DNA of 64,000 bases, taken from the NCBI RefSeq assembly GCF_006345805.1, contig NC_043002.1, positions 57,722,001 through 57,786,000 on the forward strand. Reading direction: 5' to 3'. Under the pieces are notes generated by a model. The model made no database searches and was not told where the DNA came from. It was given only the letters and a program-made list of their open reading frames with translations. Positions 39,319-53,554 of the stretch are shown one piece after another. The position numbers were made by a program, and so were the translations under genes. This DNA is from Octopus sinensis. Lineage: Eukaryota. The stretch's first letter is position 1; each line of letters starts with the position of its first letter.

Positions 39319-39939
39319 CATACATAAATACGCACACACATACATATATATATATATGTTCATGTGCCTTTGATTATATATGTGTGTGTATGCATGTATG
39401 TATGTATATTGTGTGAGTGGGGTTCACAATAAGAGATTAAAGAGAAGAGATACTACTGTATTGGGCTAAGATGCATGTCTAAAGGAATAAAATATTAGAA
39501 AAGAGAACACAATCGAACCGAGCAATTGCCGAAAGCCTTTTATTATCTACTATTTTGTCTTTATAATTGGCTGGAATTGTCTGTGCCTTGGACGTTTTTG
39601 TATTCATTGTTGAAATCCTACCTTTTCATAAGTTCGATGACAAAAGCCTTCTGTTCTTAGAAGATATTGAATTTCTCCAACGTTGATTTCCATATTTATT
39701 CAGTCGTAATAATCTATATTCATAGTCCATTCACATTAAAATGGGAATTAACCCTAATACGTTAGCCTATATCTACATTCGTTCTAACGGGAATTATATC
39801 GCCGTTACTACTTTTTCCAAGACTAGAACCGACATCTCTAATACAATTGTATTATAAACGACTTTATGAAACGTAGGCTTATCTGGAGATATGTTTGTGA
39901 TAACTGTTACTACTAATGGTCCTTTTTATTATAGGCACA

Positions 39940-40121
39940 TGGCCCGAAATTTGGGGCAGGGGCTTGGCCGATTACATCGACCACAGTGCTCGACTGGTAC
40001 ATATTTTACCGACTCCGAAAGGATGAAAGGCAAAGTCGACCTCGGTGGAATTTGAACTCAGAACGTGAAATACCACTAAACATTTTGTCCAGTGTGCTAA
40101 TGCTTCTACCTGCTCACCGCC

Positions 40122-40212
<91 letters not shown>
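39940..40212 (-). mobile_element. SINE family B followed by (TAA)n
   Basis: ggatgaaaggcaaagtcgacctcggtggaatttgaac. Confidence 0.7.
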
Positions 40213-40214
<2 letters not shown>

Positions 40215-40574
40215 TAATAGTAATAATGACGCTAATGTTGAGGGAGGATAATTGGAAGCATTGTTTATGGAGGTAATTTTCTCATTCGGTTTATGGAATC
40301 AGTAGTGTTTACTGATATTTAAGCATGTGTGAACGACGTGGCAGTTGACTATATTTATCTTTTATCATCTTTTACATGTTTTCACTCATTAGACCGCTAC
40401 CACGCTAAGACACCGCCTTTAAGAAATTTTTGTCGAATGGATCGACTCTAGTATAGTTATTAAAGCTTTGGGCCCCACGGGGACACAAACACACCAACAC
40501 TTGTCAAGCTGTTGTGGCGAACAAATACAGATACAACGATACACACATACACACACACACGCACACACTCACAT

Positions 40575-40986
40575 AGTTACAAGAAGAAAAGAAAATTGGA
40601 GGTAATAAACTTAGCAATTATTTATTATTAACAAATTGGTCATCTTCGCTTCTTACAGCCATTTCAATTAATACTCAATAGTTTGATTACAAATTTGTAC
40701 ATTAAATTTGCATTTATGTGACATGAGCCTAATTTCATCGAAGAAAAAGATATACCTTGAGATGTTATATGCGGACCTATCAATTCATTTCAGCATGAAT
40801 AGGTCCACATATAAAATTCCAAGGTACATCTTTTATTTTCCTTTGATAAAATTATGCTTATGTCGCATAAATGCAAATTTAATGTACAAATATTAATTGA
40901 AACGGCCTGTAAGAAGCGATGATGACAAACTTGTTAATAATAAATAATTGTTAACTTTATCTCCATTTTCTTTTCGTCTTTTAACT
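40575..40986. mobile_element. ~410-bp imperfect palindrome (MITE-like); partial copy at ~43235-43320
   Basis: tttgtacattaaatttgcatttatg / cataaatgcaaatttaatgtacaaa; centre atatgcggacctat..ataggtccacatat. Confidence 0.8.
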
Positions 40987-41111
40987 GGATATAACCTATA
41001 TGGTTAATATGTACTCGTTGTTTTAAGGAAATTTCATCCCTTAACAATACTAGTTATTTCCTTGGATGCGACCATCCCTTCATGAGGTTAATATATCCTC
41101 TAATTAAGACG

Positions 41112-41275
41112 GGCATCTTTCAGTTTCCGTCTACCAAATCCACTCACAAGGCCTTGGTCGTACCGAGGTTATAGTAGGAAACACTTGCCCAAGGTTCCCA
41201 AGGTACTTCGCAGTGGGTCGGAATCCAGAGCCATGTGGTTAGGAAGCAAACTTTTTACCACACCCTCAAAGTTTA
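41112..41275 (-). mobile_element. SINE family A 5' half
   Basis: tttcagtttccgtctaccaaatccactcacaaggcc.. Confidence 0.75.
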
Positions 41276-41290
41276 TTTACTTGTATTTTC

Positions 41291-41520
41291 TCATGTATTT
41301 CTTAATTTGTACATCGCGTGTTCGTTTATATTACATACTGTTTCCAGCCCGTCATCTCTATACAGCCCTCTGCTAGTTCCTTTCATATCGCTTGTCAATT
41401 TGCTTAAAATATACAGCTCCTCAGAGTCAGCAATCCTAGCAATCTCAGCTCCACCAAAGATATTCAGGAATATATTAGACAAACCGTTTCCATCTTTCAT
41501 CGGCCACTAGGAATCGTAAA
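41291..41520 (-). pseudogene. PLE reverse transcriptase core fragment
   Basis: GGAEIA..LYILSKL..GLYRDDGL, typical of YRDD-type Penelope-like RTs. Confidence 0.8.
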
Positions 41521-42693
41521 AATAACAAGAATTTTCTGGCATTTACCGTTATATCAATGTTTCAATCTGTAATAATGACGTACGGTTTTCTGAACTGTAG
41601 AGCTTGCATTAAAACAGTTTTTAGAGATCGACAAGTAAATCAAAGCGTATGGACCTACATATCTTTGCTTACCCTCTGATCTTTCACTAACAGAACAAAT
41701 ACTAGAAAATCAACTTTGCTAACAAGAAACCTAGGCTATCGGTATAACGTCTTTATCTGGCATAATAAATAATACACATACATACATATATGCACACGCA
41801 AACACACACACACACATATGTGCGTATGTATATCTATATATACGCACACATGTTTAGATACGCACGTTGATACACGCACACACCAATATAGTTTTCTTTG
41901 TGTGTTCGCGCCTGTGTGTGTGTCGGTGTGTGTACTGAGTTATAAGATGTGACTGCTTTGTGATATTGTAACATTTATGATGCAACAATAAAGCGGGTGT
42001 AATGCAGAGTAGCGTTTCAGAGTTCTTGAAATGATTCCAGTGTTTTCATGCTTGATCAGGAGGATAATTTATGATTCCAGATCACACGTTCCTCCAACAC
42101 AAATGTACTGCTATCTGCATATGTTACTCTAATATGTCAATATTCTCTCGTAATTGTTTATTCCAACTGTCTGATAACGTGACTGAAATAGGAACACTGC
42201 CAGTCTACAGACAAAAAACTTTTCATATTCACCAACATTCCTTCCTTCCTTTCTCTCTCTCTCTCCTGGATATTTGTATATGTGTACATATATATATATG
42301 TGTGTGTGTGTATGTGTGTGTGCATATATATAATACACACACGCACACACACACACACACACACATATATGCATGTATATACAAACACTTGTTCACTGTT
42401 ACTACAAAACGCATACACATATGTATATATATGTATACGTATGTACATACACATGTATATGCATACATAATTATATATATACGTGTGTGTATGTATTCAT
42501 GTCTGTTTTAAGTTTACTTATATTAAAAGTCATTTTACGTCAATTTGTACTTTTGTACAGTACAAATTTATTCTTAAACAAGAAAATTGTTGACTGTGAC
42601 TTCGAAGTTATAGCCAGCTAAACAATCGTTGGACTTCAATGCATTGACGTTCGATGACGGCTTTAAGAACAATATATACATAGGCAAATGTGC

Positions 42694-43122
42694 AGGCGTG
42701 GCTGTGCGATAAGAAGCTTCCTTCTCAACAACTTGGTTCCAGGTTCAGTCTCACTGCATGGCAAGTTAGGTAAGTGTCTTCTACTACAAACTCGGGCCGA
42801 CTAAGGCTTGTGAGTGGGTTTGGTAAACGGAAACTGAAAGAAGCCCGTCGTGTATATATACATATATATATATAAATATGTAAGTATGTATGTATGTATG
42901 TATGTATGTATGTATGTATGTATGTATGTATGTATGCATGTATGTATGTATTTGTGTGGATGTGTTTGTCCCTCCACCCTCGCTTGACAACCGATGTTGA
43001 TGTGTTATGTCCCCGTAATCTAGCGGTTCGGCAAAAGAACCCGATAGAGTAAGTAGTAGGCTTACAGAAAATAAGTCCCGGCGTCGATTTATTCGACTAA
43101 AACCTGTTATGGTGGGGCTCCA
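42694..43122 (+). mobile_element. SINE family A with internal (TATG)n
   Basis: Head, internal microsatellite and most of the 3' half. Confidence 0.8.
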
Positions 43123-43158
43123 ATTAAAAGCCTAAAAGAATACACACACACCCACACA

Positions 43159-43216
<58 letters not shown>

Positions 43217-43323
43217 CACACACACATATTTATAATATCCCAAGGTACATCTTTTTTTTCCTTTGATAAAATTATGCTTATGTCGCATAAATGCAAACTT
43301 AATAAATTTGTAATTGAAACCGA

Positions 43324-43548
43324 TATTGTATTTGGGGATGGTCATGCCGCCAGTTTAGCTAATGAAAATACCCGCACTATATATTTGGTGATCAATTGCT
43401 TCAGCTTTATTGATGAGGACACAGAAATGTGACAAAAGAACTCTGGCCGAAATACAATTAATATAAAATAAAACTGAAGCAAGTGAACACAAAGTTTTCA
43501 TTGGCTAAACCGGCAACAGTAACATGACCATCCCCAAATACAACAATA
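43324..43548. mobile_element. ~225-bp MITE-like foldback
   Basis: tattgtatttggggatggtcatg..gtttagctaatgaaaa / ttttcattggctaaac..catgaccatccccaaatacaa; inner IR ttgcttcag/ctgaagcaa. Confidence 0.8.
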
Positions 43549-44034
43549 CACACACAACACACACACACACACACACACACACCACACACACACACCACAC
43601 ACATATACATATATATATATATATATATATATGGAAAAATTTATGAGTAGGTGCAGGTGCTATTCGCTATTTCTTGATTTCCCGATCCTGCAAAGGAAAG
43701 GGTCCGATATGTTTGAAACATCGCACTCCATATCAATATGCTGACCACGACTGCACTAGGAGTTGGAAGCTGATATAAAAATGACACCCTCCATTTCTAC
43801 ACCGAAATACTTAACCAGCCAATATCCATGCATCATAGCAATAAACAGAGCCCTTGACTTTATTTAATTAGGGCCCCCTCAACCTAAACACATTTATGAA
43901 CACACAAATGCTAACATTACATACAGTAAGAAAATATATCGGGCAGTAGCGTGTCTATTCATTCTTGATACATTTTGGCAAATACGAACATGAATAGCTG
44001 TTCACTGTTGTTATTCATCATCGCAGGACACCCC

Positions 44035-44500
44035 CTCCCTTCTGACGATGAGCGTTCATAACATGCGTGACTCACATGCGTAAGGTGACTTTGAGACACT
44101 GTAGTGTTTCGACCATATTGTGTATCTCATTAACCAAAGCTTCGCCACGAGAATGATGAATCTCAGACGAGCAGGAGCATTTGTTTATAGTAAACAGCAA
44201 ACATACCTCTCGTTAGTGTTACCAAGCAGATAACTTAGAATGAACAAATACGTTATTGTTTGGATTCTTGATGTTCTGGAAGCACCCCATGAATTATCAT
44301 CTGTTTAGCAGACATCAGAATGCATCAGCCAATAATTTATTGATTCTCATAAACAAGAGCCCGTACTCTTGTTAGATTTATCAGTCCCATGGTTTAGCAT
44401 CGACTAAAGAGACATACAAGGTCGAAACACTACGTGTCTCAAAGACCTCTTATACTGATGAATCACGAGTATTATGTACACTCATCATCTAAAGCGTGGA
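44035..44500. mobile_element. Old outward-facing inverted pLTR pair with degenerate hammerheads (44089-44140 -, 44398-44444 +)
   Basis: gtc-GAAAC-actac(a)gt-GTC^tcaaag on both arms; 5' cores decayed to TTAATGA and CTAAAGA. Confidence 0.6.
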
Positions 44501-45079
44501 GGTGTTCTCCGATGATGAAAAACGACAGTGGTCAATATATTCCCGTTTGAATTTGTTAAGATATATTAAGAATGATAGATACATTATTATTATTTTTCTA
44601 TCAAACAATATCACCACATCTCTTGATGCATTTCATAGCAAAAATTTGTAATCATCAAAAGCTCTACAAATGCCAGACGTTGCAATTTTATATGATTCTT
44701 CCCGATGAACAGATATCTTTATTGTAGTCATAGCAGTATCACGAAGCTGCATTTCTCTTTCAAAACGCTAAAATTACTTCACAACCGAGAATTGCTGATT
44801 TCAAACAAGGAATACGTATATTAAACTTTACTCTGGAATCTGAGAGTTAAATTCCATTTTATGTCTTAATAAGTCGAGAGCGGCTGCGGTACTCACGACA
44901 TTTTCAGGGCTTTTGAAGGAAATGTTATATAAGTTGGGGAAGAAACCAAAATATATCAGATACGAACTATTTTGAAGGCATTTGCAGTTTCTGCTTAGCC
45001 AATCTGATAGAGATTGTTTTTCCTAATAATATACTTATATGTAACATAAGTATATTGGCTTCAGACTTTAGCCAATGAC

Positions 45080-45228
45080 TTCGCAACTAGTACTTATTTT
45101 ATCGACCCTGAAAGGATGTAAAACATAGTCGACCTCGGCGGAATTTGAACACAGAACGTAGAGACGGGTGGAATACTGCTGAGCATTTTCCCCGACCTGC
45201 TAACTATTCCGCCAGCTCGCTGCCTTAA
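45080..45228 (-). mobile_element. SINE family B
   Basis: gtcgacctcggcggaatttgaac..gccagctcgctgcctt. Confidence 0.7.
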
Positions 45229-45607
45229 AAATGTTGTTTATTGGGAAAACCATGTCAATTTATTATGATACGTCGACAAGTTTAGCTAAAGACTTGGTAC
45301 TTTTACGAAAAGAAATCTCTATAAAGACTAATCACATCCAACGACAGCAAAATCCAGTCATTGCACTTAGCAAAAGAACACATAACACTAAATGACCATT
45401 CAATAATTAAACCTTAAAATCTTCAGATATTAAGCAGACATGTCGAACAGATCTCTATAATATTATCAAAACATTTTAAGCTGATGCAGGCAGTATATTT
45501 CCGAAGTCTTTTTCTTTATTTCTACACAGCACAGTTGTACCTATATTAGAAAGGTATTTGGATTTTTTAGAGCCAATACACCACATCATTTCAATATTGT
45601 AACACAA

Positions 45608-45820
45608 AGGCAGCGAGCTGGCAGAATCGTTAGCTCGCCGAGCAAAATGGTTAGCAAAATTTTGTCCGTCTATATAATCTGAGCTCAAATTACGTCGAGG
45701 TCGACCTTGCCTTTCATCCTTTCATGGTCGAAATATAAGTACCATTTGGGCACTGAAGTCGACGTAATCGGTTTACACCTTAACCCACGAACTTGCTGGC
45801 CTTTTGCCAATATTTAAAAC
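45608..45820 (+). mobile_element. SINE family B
   Basis: aaggcagcgagctggcagaatcgttagc..gaggtcgaccttgcctttcatcc. Confidence 0.7.
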
Positions 45821-46785
45821 CAATTTTGTAACTCCAAAAATATAATCCAACTGACAGTAATTCACAACCAAACAACACTTCAAACACTCGCCCATAGATA
45901 AGCTTTATCTTCTATGAACGTTTTGCTACTATTATATTAATTAATGTTAATCTGAAAAAAGGAACCGTTTACCGAGTCAGGTGCATGTCACCATATAAAA
46001 AGATCAAACATGGAGCCACGGGATTAAAAAGTGAGTTTTTTAGCCACAAAGTTATATCTACATCGCTCCCTCTGCGTTTACATTTTACTTATCTTACGCT
46101 GAAAGGTCCCTAACACTGGATAGAGACATAGGAGTAAGTCCTGTTCAGAATAGTGAGGTGTTTGCAGGAGATGCTCGTTTTAACTTTGGAGGTTGGTGCG
46201 TGATGGAGAAAGGTTACCAGGTGAAAGAATCAGGAAAATTACTTTATCTGGGCATCTAGTTGTGAGAGTGAGTGGACATAAACGAGAACTGGTGAAGGTG
46301 TTTTAGATGGGTTTACAAGAAAGAAGTATAGAGGGAGAGGTGTGTCGGGAGTGATGAAGAATCGTAGAATGACGTGTCATGTTGCTTCATAACATTGTGA
46401 AAGCGAATGAATTCGAATAACTAGAAGTGAACGTGACGAAATAAAGTTTCATTTGTACACGAACAGAAAAAAGGGAGGTAATTACGTGTAAGTTATGAAC
46501 ATGCATCTATGTAATGGTTTAAAGAAATTATAGATATGTGCGCATGTATGGGCGTGTATGCCTATCTGTAGTGTATGTGTGTGCGTATGTATACACACAT
46601 GTGTACGTATGTGTATATATATGTGTGTGTGTGTGCATACGTACATGTATCTCTCTCTCTCCCTCTCTCTCTTTCTTTCTCTCTCATTCTATATGTGTGT
46701 ATGTGTGTGCGTGTATGCAAAAACACACACACATTCACGCCCTCGCGTACATATATATCTGTTTGTACATGAATATATACATATG

Positions 46786-46829
<44 letters not shown>

Positions 46830-47239
46830 TATTCATATACATATGCATACATACATATAAGTTTATATAGTTTATACATATGCGTTTATATAGAAATATA
46901 TGTGTGTGTGTGTTTATCTATATATATAAATATATACCCCTATATCCATGTGTCTATCAATCTTTCCATCCATCAAACTATCAAAAAAGCTACATTTTAG
47001 TAGATATAGATTTTAGATATAGCCAATATTAATGTTTTTTACTTGGTTTATTGGGAAGGAAAACTGAAAATTAACTGACTGGAATATCAAATAAAGACTG
47101 TTGCTGAGACCTACCCAACTTCCGTCAACACAAGACAAATAACATTTCTTTCTTTAATGACCATTTCAGTAGTATTCAGACTAGAATAATAATTTCTTAA
47201 AAGTCTGTGACGGGATGTGTATGCGTGTGAATATGTAAG

Positions 47240-47273
<34 letters not shown>

Positions 47274-47418
47274 TGTATGTATGTATGTATGTATGTATGT
47301 ATGTATGTATGTATGTATGTATCTATGTATGTATGTATGTATGTATGTGTGTATGTATGTATGTAAGTGTGTCTTTGTGTATATTATCTAGAGATATATA
47401 TGCTTGATTAATAGATTG

Positions 47419-47475
<57 letters not shown>

Positions 47476-47626
47476 TATATATATATATTGTTGTCTTACC
47501 ATTTTTATCAATATATATATATATACATATATAATTTTGTGATTCTACAAGTGTCTGAGTAATTTATGAGCTTCGCAAAGGAATCAGCATACATTTTTTA
47601 AATTCTGTCTTATGTACAATATAAAT

Positions 47627-47687
<61 letters not shown>

Positions 47688-48541
47688 ATATATAATATAT
47701 ATATATAATATATATATGTGTGTGTGTGTGTGCGTGTGTGTGTATATATATATATATATATTATACATATATATATATATATGTATATATCTACACATAT
47801 ATAGTTGGTTACAAATATGGATAGGTCTAGACATAGTTACGCACATGCACACATATACGAACAACATAAACCGACATATAGGCATCTATACACGAGCTCA
47901 CTTTTTCATATATTTATGTTGATAACAAGTGTCTTATTTTTCTGTTGCAAAGGAAAAAAATATATACATTGACTTTATTTCAAAAGTACATAAATCATCT
48001 ACACACGCACGCACACACACACACACCCACCCACACACACACACGCACATACCATACATACTCATATATTCCTGTATATATTTGTGTGTGTGTTTGTCTA
48101 TATATATATATGTATTTTTCATACAGACAGTGAAATGAATTGATCCCGAAATATACTTCTGTATTTCATGCAAGGTAAGCCAATTTTTGTTATATCTATT
48201 GCATTAGCCTTGTGTATTTTAAGAGTGAGTCATTTGTGGTTTTAGAGAGATGGCTCGGTTTATAGAAAATGGTATGTTAAATATCCTATTGAATTTTCAA
48301 TTTTCTTTATATTTTACCTTTAAAGGCGTAAACTTGCTAGCCAGTTTATTATTATCATTATTTCTATTTAAAACCAGGCAAGATGGTGAGATGGTATGAA
48401 GGCGGTTGCTATAGCATTGAGCTAGATCCGGCCACTTCCGTTAACGGGGACAAAACTCGGATTCAGAATGATGGAAGATGAATAGTACCACATTTAATTT
48501 AAAACATTATATCTATATATATATATATAGTTCAATACTGA

Positions 48542-48590
<49 letters not shown>

Positions 48591-48674
48591 GGTCCCCCGG
48601 GTTGATTCGGGGTTAACCACAGTAAATAAGTACTCAATACATAGCAGAGTAAAATTAATTTATTATATAGAAGG

Positions 48675-48725
48675 AGCTTCTACAGGACTAGAACTGTTTC
48701 ATTCAAGAGAAATCTTCAGGAAGCT
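48675..48725 (-). ncRNA. Hammerhead ribozyme, closed stem III
   Basis: agcttc-CTGAAGA-tttc tctt gaat-GAAACAG-ttctagtc-CTGTA^gaagct. Confidence 0.7.
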
Positions 48726-48982
48726 AGTTAACAAGAATTGTATTGGCATTTATACATTAGGCAGGTTTAAAGGGTGTTGGTGGGGGACTTTTTTGGGTAG
48801 GCATAGCGCAAAAAATCATACTTGGGGGAGTGGTCAAGGGGTCAGTGTTAAATTAGATAGGAGAATAAATAAAAAATTAAAAAAATAAAAAATAAAAAAT
48901 AAAAAAAATAAAAAATAAATAATAAATAAAAAATAAAAAAAAAATATATAAAAAAAAAATAAAAAATAAAAAATAAAAAATA

Positions 48983-49029
<47 letters not shown>

Positions 49030-49424
49030 GGGGGAATAGAGTTTTAGGTAAATAAGGAGATTCTCACTTATACCTCTACACATACACACATATATACACT
49101 CACACATACATATACATATCTACACATACACATATATATGTATACATACACACACTCACTTGCATACACGTATACACACATGTATATATACACATACGAC
49201 CACACATACATATACACACAGAAAAATATATATATACACATACACACACATACTCACATACACGCATACACACACAAATCCATACACACACATGCACACA
49301 CAGCACACTAGTCCCTATATACACATATATACACATACACACATATATATACACCCACACATACACATACATACACATATATATACATACATACACATAC
49401 ATATACATATATATATACATACAC

Positions 49425-49457
<33 letters not shown>

Positions 49458-49887
49458 TATACATATGTGTACCCATGCATACCTACACATACACACATAT
49501 ATATATACATATACAAATACAGACCCATTCCCTAATTTTAATTTTATTATCTTCGTTTATTACTTTTGTTATCTTTGGCCGCTTGGTCACAAACATCTTG
49601 GCTATGACAGCCAGACCATTTATCCGTCTACTGGAAAACAATTACTCATTCACTCACGCACACTCTTTAGCACGTACACTCACTCATTCGTACACTCATA
49701 CGCATACACGCACGCACGCGTTATATTCATACATACATACATCTACATACATTCACGTATATACACATACGTACGCGTACCTACAGATTCATGTCTACAC
49801 TCTTAGAAGGCTAGTCTATACATATACACCAATAAATATAAATACACACACATACATGTACACCTACATACAAATACATACATGTAC

Positions 49888-49959
<72 letters not shown>

Positions 49960-50061
49960 CGCGTACCTACAGATTCATGTCTACACTCTTAGAAGGCTAG
50001 TCTATACATATACACCAATAAATATAATACACACCACATACATGTACACCTACATACAAAT

Positions 50062-50109
<48 letters not shown>

Positions 50110-50344
50110 TATTATTTTTTTTTTTTTTTATTTTTTATATTTTTTTATTTTTTATTTTTTATTTTTTATTTTTTATTTTTTATTTTTTATTTTTTATTTA
50201 TTCTCCTATCTAATTTAACACTGACCCCTTGACCACTCCCCCAAGTATGATTTTTTGCGCTATGCCTACCCCCAAAAAAGTCCCCCACCAACACCCCTTT
50301 AAACCTGCCTAAATGTATAAATGCCAATACAATTCTTGTTAACT

Positions 50345-50393
50345 AGCTTCCTGAAGATTTCTCTGAATGAAACAGTTCTAGTCCGTAGAAGCT
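50345..50393 (+). ncRNA. Hammerhead ribozyme (1-nt deletions in loop II and stem III)
   Basis: agcttc-CTGAAGA-tttctctgaat-GAAAC-agttctagtcc-GTA^gaagct. Confidence 0.6.
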
Positions 50394-50478
50394 CCTTCTA
50401 TATAATAAATAAATATATATATATATAATATATATATATATATTATATATATATTATATATATATTATTATTATTATA

Positions 50479-50512
<34 letters not shown>

Positions 50513-50723
50513 GTTGTGTTGTGTTGTTATTATTATTATTATTATTATTATTGTTGTTGTTGTTGTTGTTATTATTATTATATTATTATTTAAAGGTCAC
50601 ATTGCATGTATTCAAGCGCTACTAATAGCTTCATATGCTGACATAATTCAAACATATTCTTCAGGCACAAACCACGTATTATAACGAACTAAAAATTGAA
50701 TAAATAAAAGTGTCTGGGGAATT

Positions 50724-50792
<69 letters not shown>

Positions 50793-51083
50793 ATTCAGTG
50801 AAGATGGAGAAGGACCTTCTACTACCATGTTCTTAATGATGAAATTAACCTCTCTGTCTATATATCTACCCTGTTGTAATGTTGGCAAATGAAATAAGTA
50901 TAAAAATGTACATTGTCTATTTAATTAAAAACATTCTATATGTGGTTGAAGCATGCTCTACATTTTAAAACTAATGTAATACTTACATTATTTAATAAAA
51001 TGAAGTAGCATAAAACGATTGTACTACACTACCTTGGATATCCTTGTGCTTATCTTGATATATATATATATACACATACATAT

Positions 51084-51145
<62 letters not shown>

Positions 51146-51149
51146 CATG

Positions 51150-51375
51150 TGTTTGTGCCTGTGTTTTTCCCGCACCACTGTTTGAGAGCCGATGTTGTTA
51201 TGTTTATGTTTCTGTAAGTTAGCGGTTTGCCGAAGGAGACCGACAGAATAAGTACCAGACTTTGAGAAGAGAAAGCACTCGGTTGACTCGTTTCGACCAA
51301 AAATTCGTCGAGGTGTTTCCCCCCGTATGGCTGCAGTCTAATGATTGTAACAAGTACAAGAATAAAAGATAAAAG
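51150..51375 (+). mobile_element. SINE family A 3' half
   Basis: gccgatgttg..gttagcggtttgccgaag..gtaacaagtacaagaataaaagataaaaga. Confidence 0.65.
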
Positions 51376-53554
51376 ATATGTTTGACGAAGGAAGCCACCC
51401 GTGATTCAGGATGAAGCTTTTGCTAAGCAGATTATCGATGTCTCAGACTCTGCTTGGTTGTTATCTTTAAAATACATTTCGGCATTGCTTCGTGAATAAT
51501 CAAACGCTGAAGTAATGATTAACTCCTGAGAATTTGTGTTATTCTTGAGAACTGCATGAGAATTTTGCTTAGTCAGAACGGCGTTCGGCTTTTCGTGAGA
51601 AAGTTAGCATCCCATTCGTATAAGGCAGTGTTTCTCAAACAGCTTTTTTTTTTGTTTTTTCTTTTAGCTATGAACCCCTTTCATTCCTATTTGGGTGGAA
51701 ATATAACAACGACGTTCTAAATGTCTTGAAATGATTTAGTAACAAATTCCTGCATTATTCTACCAGAGTTGAATTCTTTGAATTCTATATAGACAGGAGT
51801 AGACAGGAGGGCAATCAGTGGCCCAAGACCTTCGAGACTGGAGAGAGAGAGTGAGAAAGAGAGAGAGAGAGGGGTGGGGGGTGGGGAGAGAGAAATCCTT
51901 AAACTGAAAACCTGATCCGAAATACTTGTAATAGAGGGAAACCTCCTAAAGTTTCCTTACTAATGATACCCTGCTAAAGGTTGTCAGGTGGTGGCGTTAA
52001 ACTGAACGACGAAATAAATCTAGCATTCATGTAGGCTTTGATAGGACTTAGCCTTAGAATTCAAAGGGTCAGAATATATAACACAAGGCATAGCGTACGA
52101 CGTCCTTATAATTCCGCCTATTCACCTCCCTTAGATGGATACTTTTTATCGACTCCGAAAGGCTGAAAGGCAAGGCTGATTTTGGCAGGATTTGAACTGA
52201 CAACGTAAAGAACCAAAACAAAGATTGAGCCGCATCAATTTTGATGATCTTACTGTTCAGTCAATCTATCGTTTTAAATCGGTCCTCTTTTTTCTTCATC
52301 GTTCTCCGAAAGGATAGAAAGTGAAGTTGACTACGTCGGAATTTGATCTCAGAATGTAAAGAACGAAATAATGCCAATACGTCGCAGATTTCCCGTGAAG
52401 TTTCAGACAATTCACCGAGACGTTCCTCAATCTCAAGTCGGTCGAATCCCTGGATGTGGCCCCTGCATATTTTTCCGGCCTCAAAGTGTAATCCATGATG
52501 AATGATCGCCGATTTCAGACAATGGGAAGAAAAATTGACTCTGTAAACACGTTTTAGGACTAGTAAAACAAAACTAAACAAGCATTGGAATTGGTGTCTA
52601 AACAATGGAAACAGCAACTTCGAAGAATATAATCCTAATTAGATTGATTGATTGGCCGAATGATTAAAGAAACAATCAGTTTATTAACTGTTTATATAGT
52701 TAACCAGCTGACAAATAAAAAAGTAAAGAAGTGAAACACAACCAATGCGTGTGTTTATTATTGACATAATGATCTTGCCGAGATACAGCAAAAGCATTTT
52801 TCTTATTTATCAAAAAGTACAGTTTCCTTTCAGACAGACTTCGTATCCACGATGTTTCTAGCATTCCTATATAATTCAATTTTCGATTATGGTCTCCGAT
52901 ATTTTCGACAAACCATATAACGATAACTCTGCGACAGATGGCAGCAGCTTCGTCAATTTGCTTCTGAGTAATAGCTTAATACCACCTTTGACAAGGCGTA
53001 TGACAGCTGCAATTCCATCTGACAGCATTAATATGCTATAAACATTTAAGACGTTTGCTTGTGTTGCATTGAAACTGTCATCCTGTAGATCGCTCCCTCT
53101 AATTTCATGTTGTTTCAATTTGTTAACATATATCAGGGCTGATAAATTAAGTTAATCCAACCCTGCAAATATTAACTTGGTATTAACCAGAAAAAAAAAA
53201 CTGAATTCGTTTTTTTAGGAAACGCGTAGTAGTTACACACACACAACATACACACACAAACACAAGTGCGCGAGCAGATGCACAGACACATACACTCACA
53301 CAGACACACTATCAAGTGCCTAAGCAAGCACACATGAACATAGAACCTTCAATCACAGGCACATACACGCCTATGATCGTATGCACTAGCACACACGTAC
53401 ACACACATACACGCGCGCGCACGCACACACATACACACACACACACACAAACAGATACTGCCAGTCAGTTCGGAGAGTGAACTGAGATCGATTTCGATCT
53501 CTTCTTCCTCCCTTGTAAACCAGAGACAATATTTAAACCATAACCGATATTTAC

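Larger units (their letters stand above)
48590..50410. mobile_element. ORF-less cassette bounded by ~350-bp inverted pLTR-like arms
   Basis: 48658-~49025 is the reverse complement of ~50070-50410; interior is microsatellite-rich with a ~115-bp direct duplication; both ends abut (TA)n. Confidence 0.85.
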
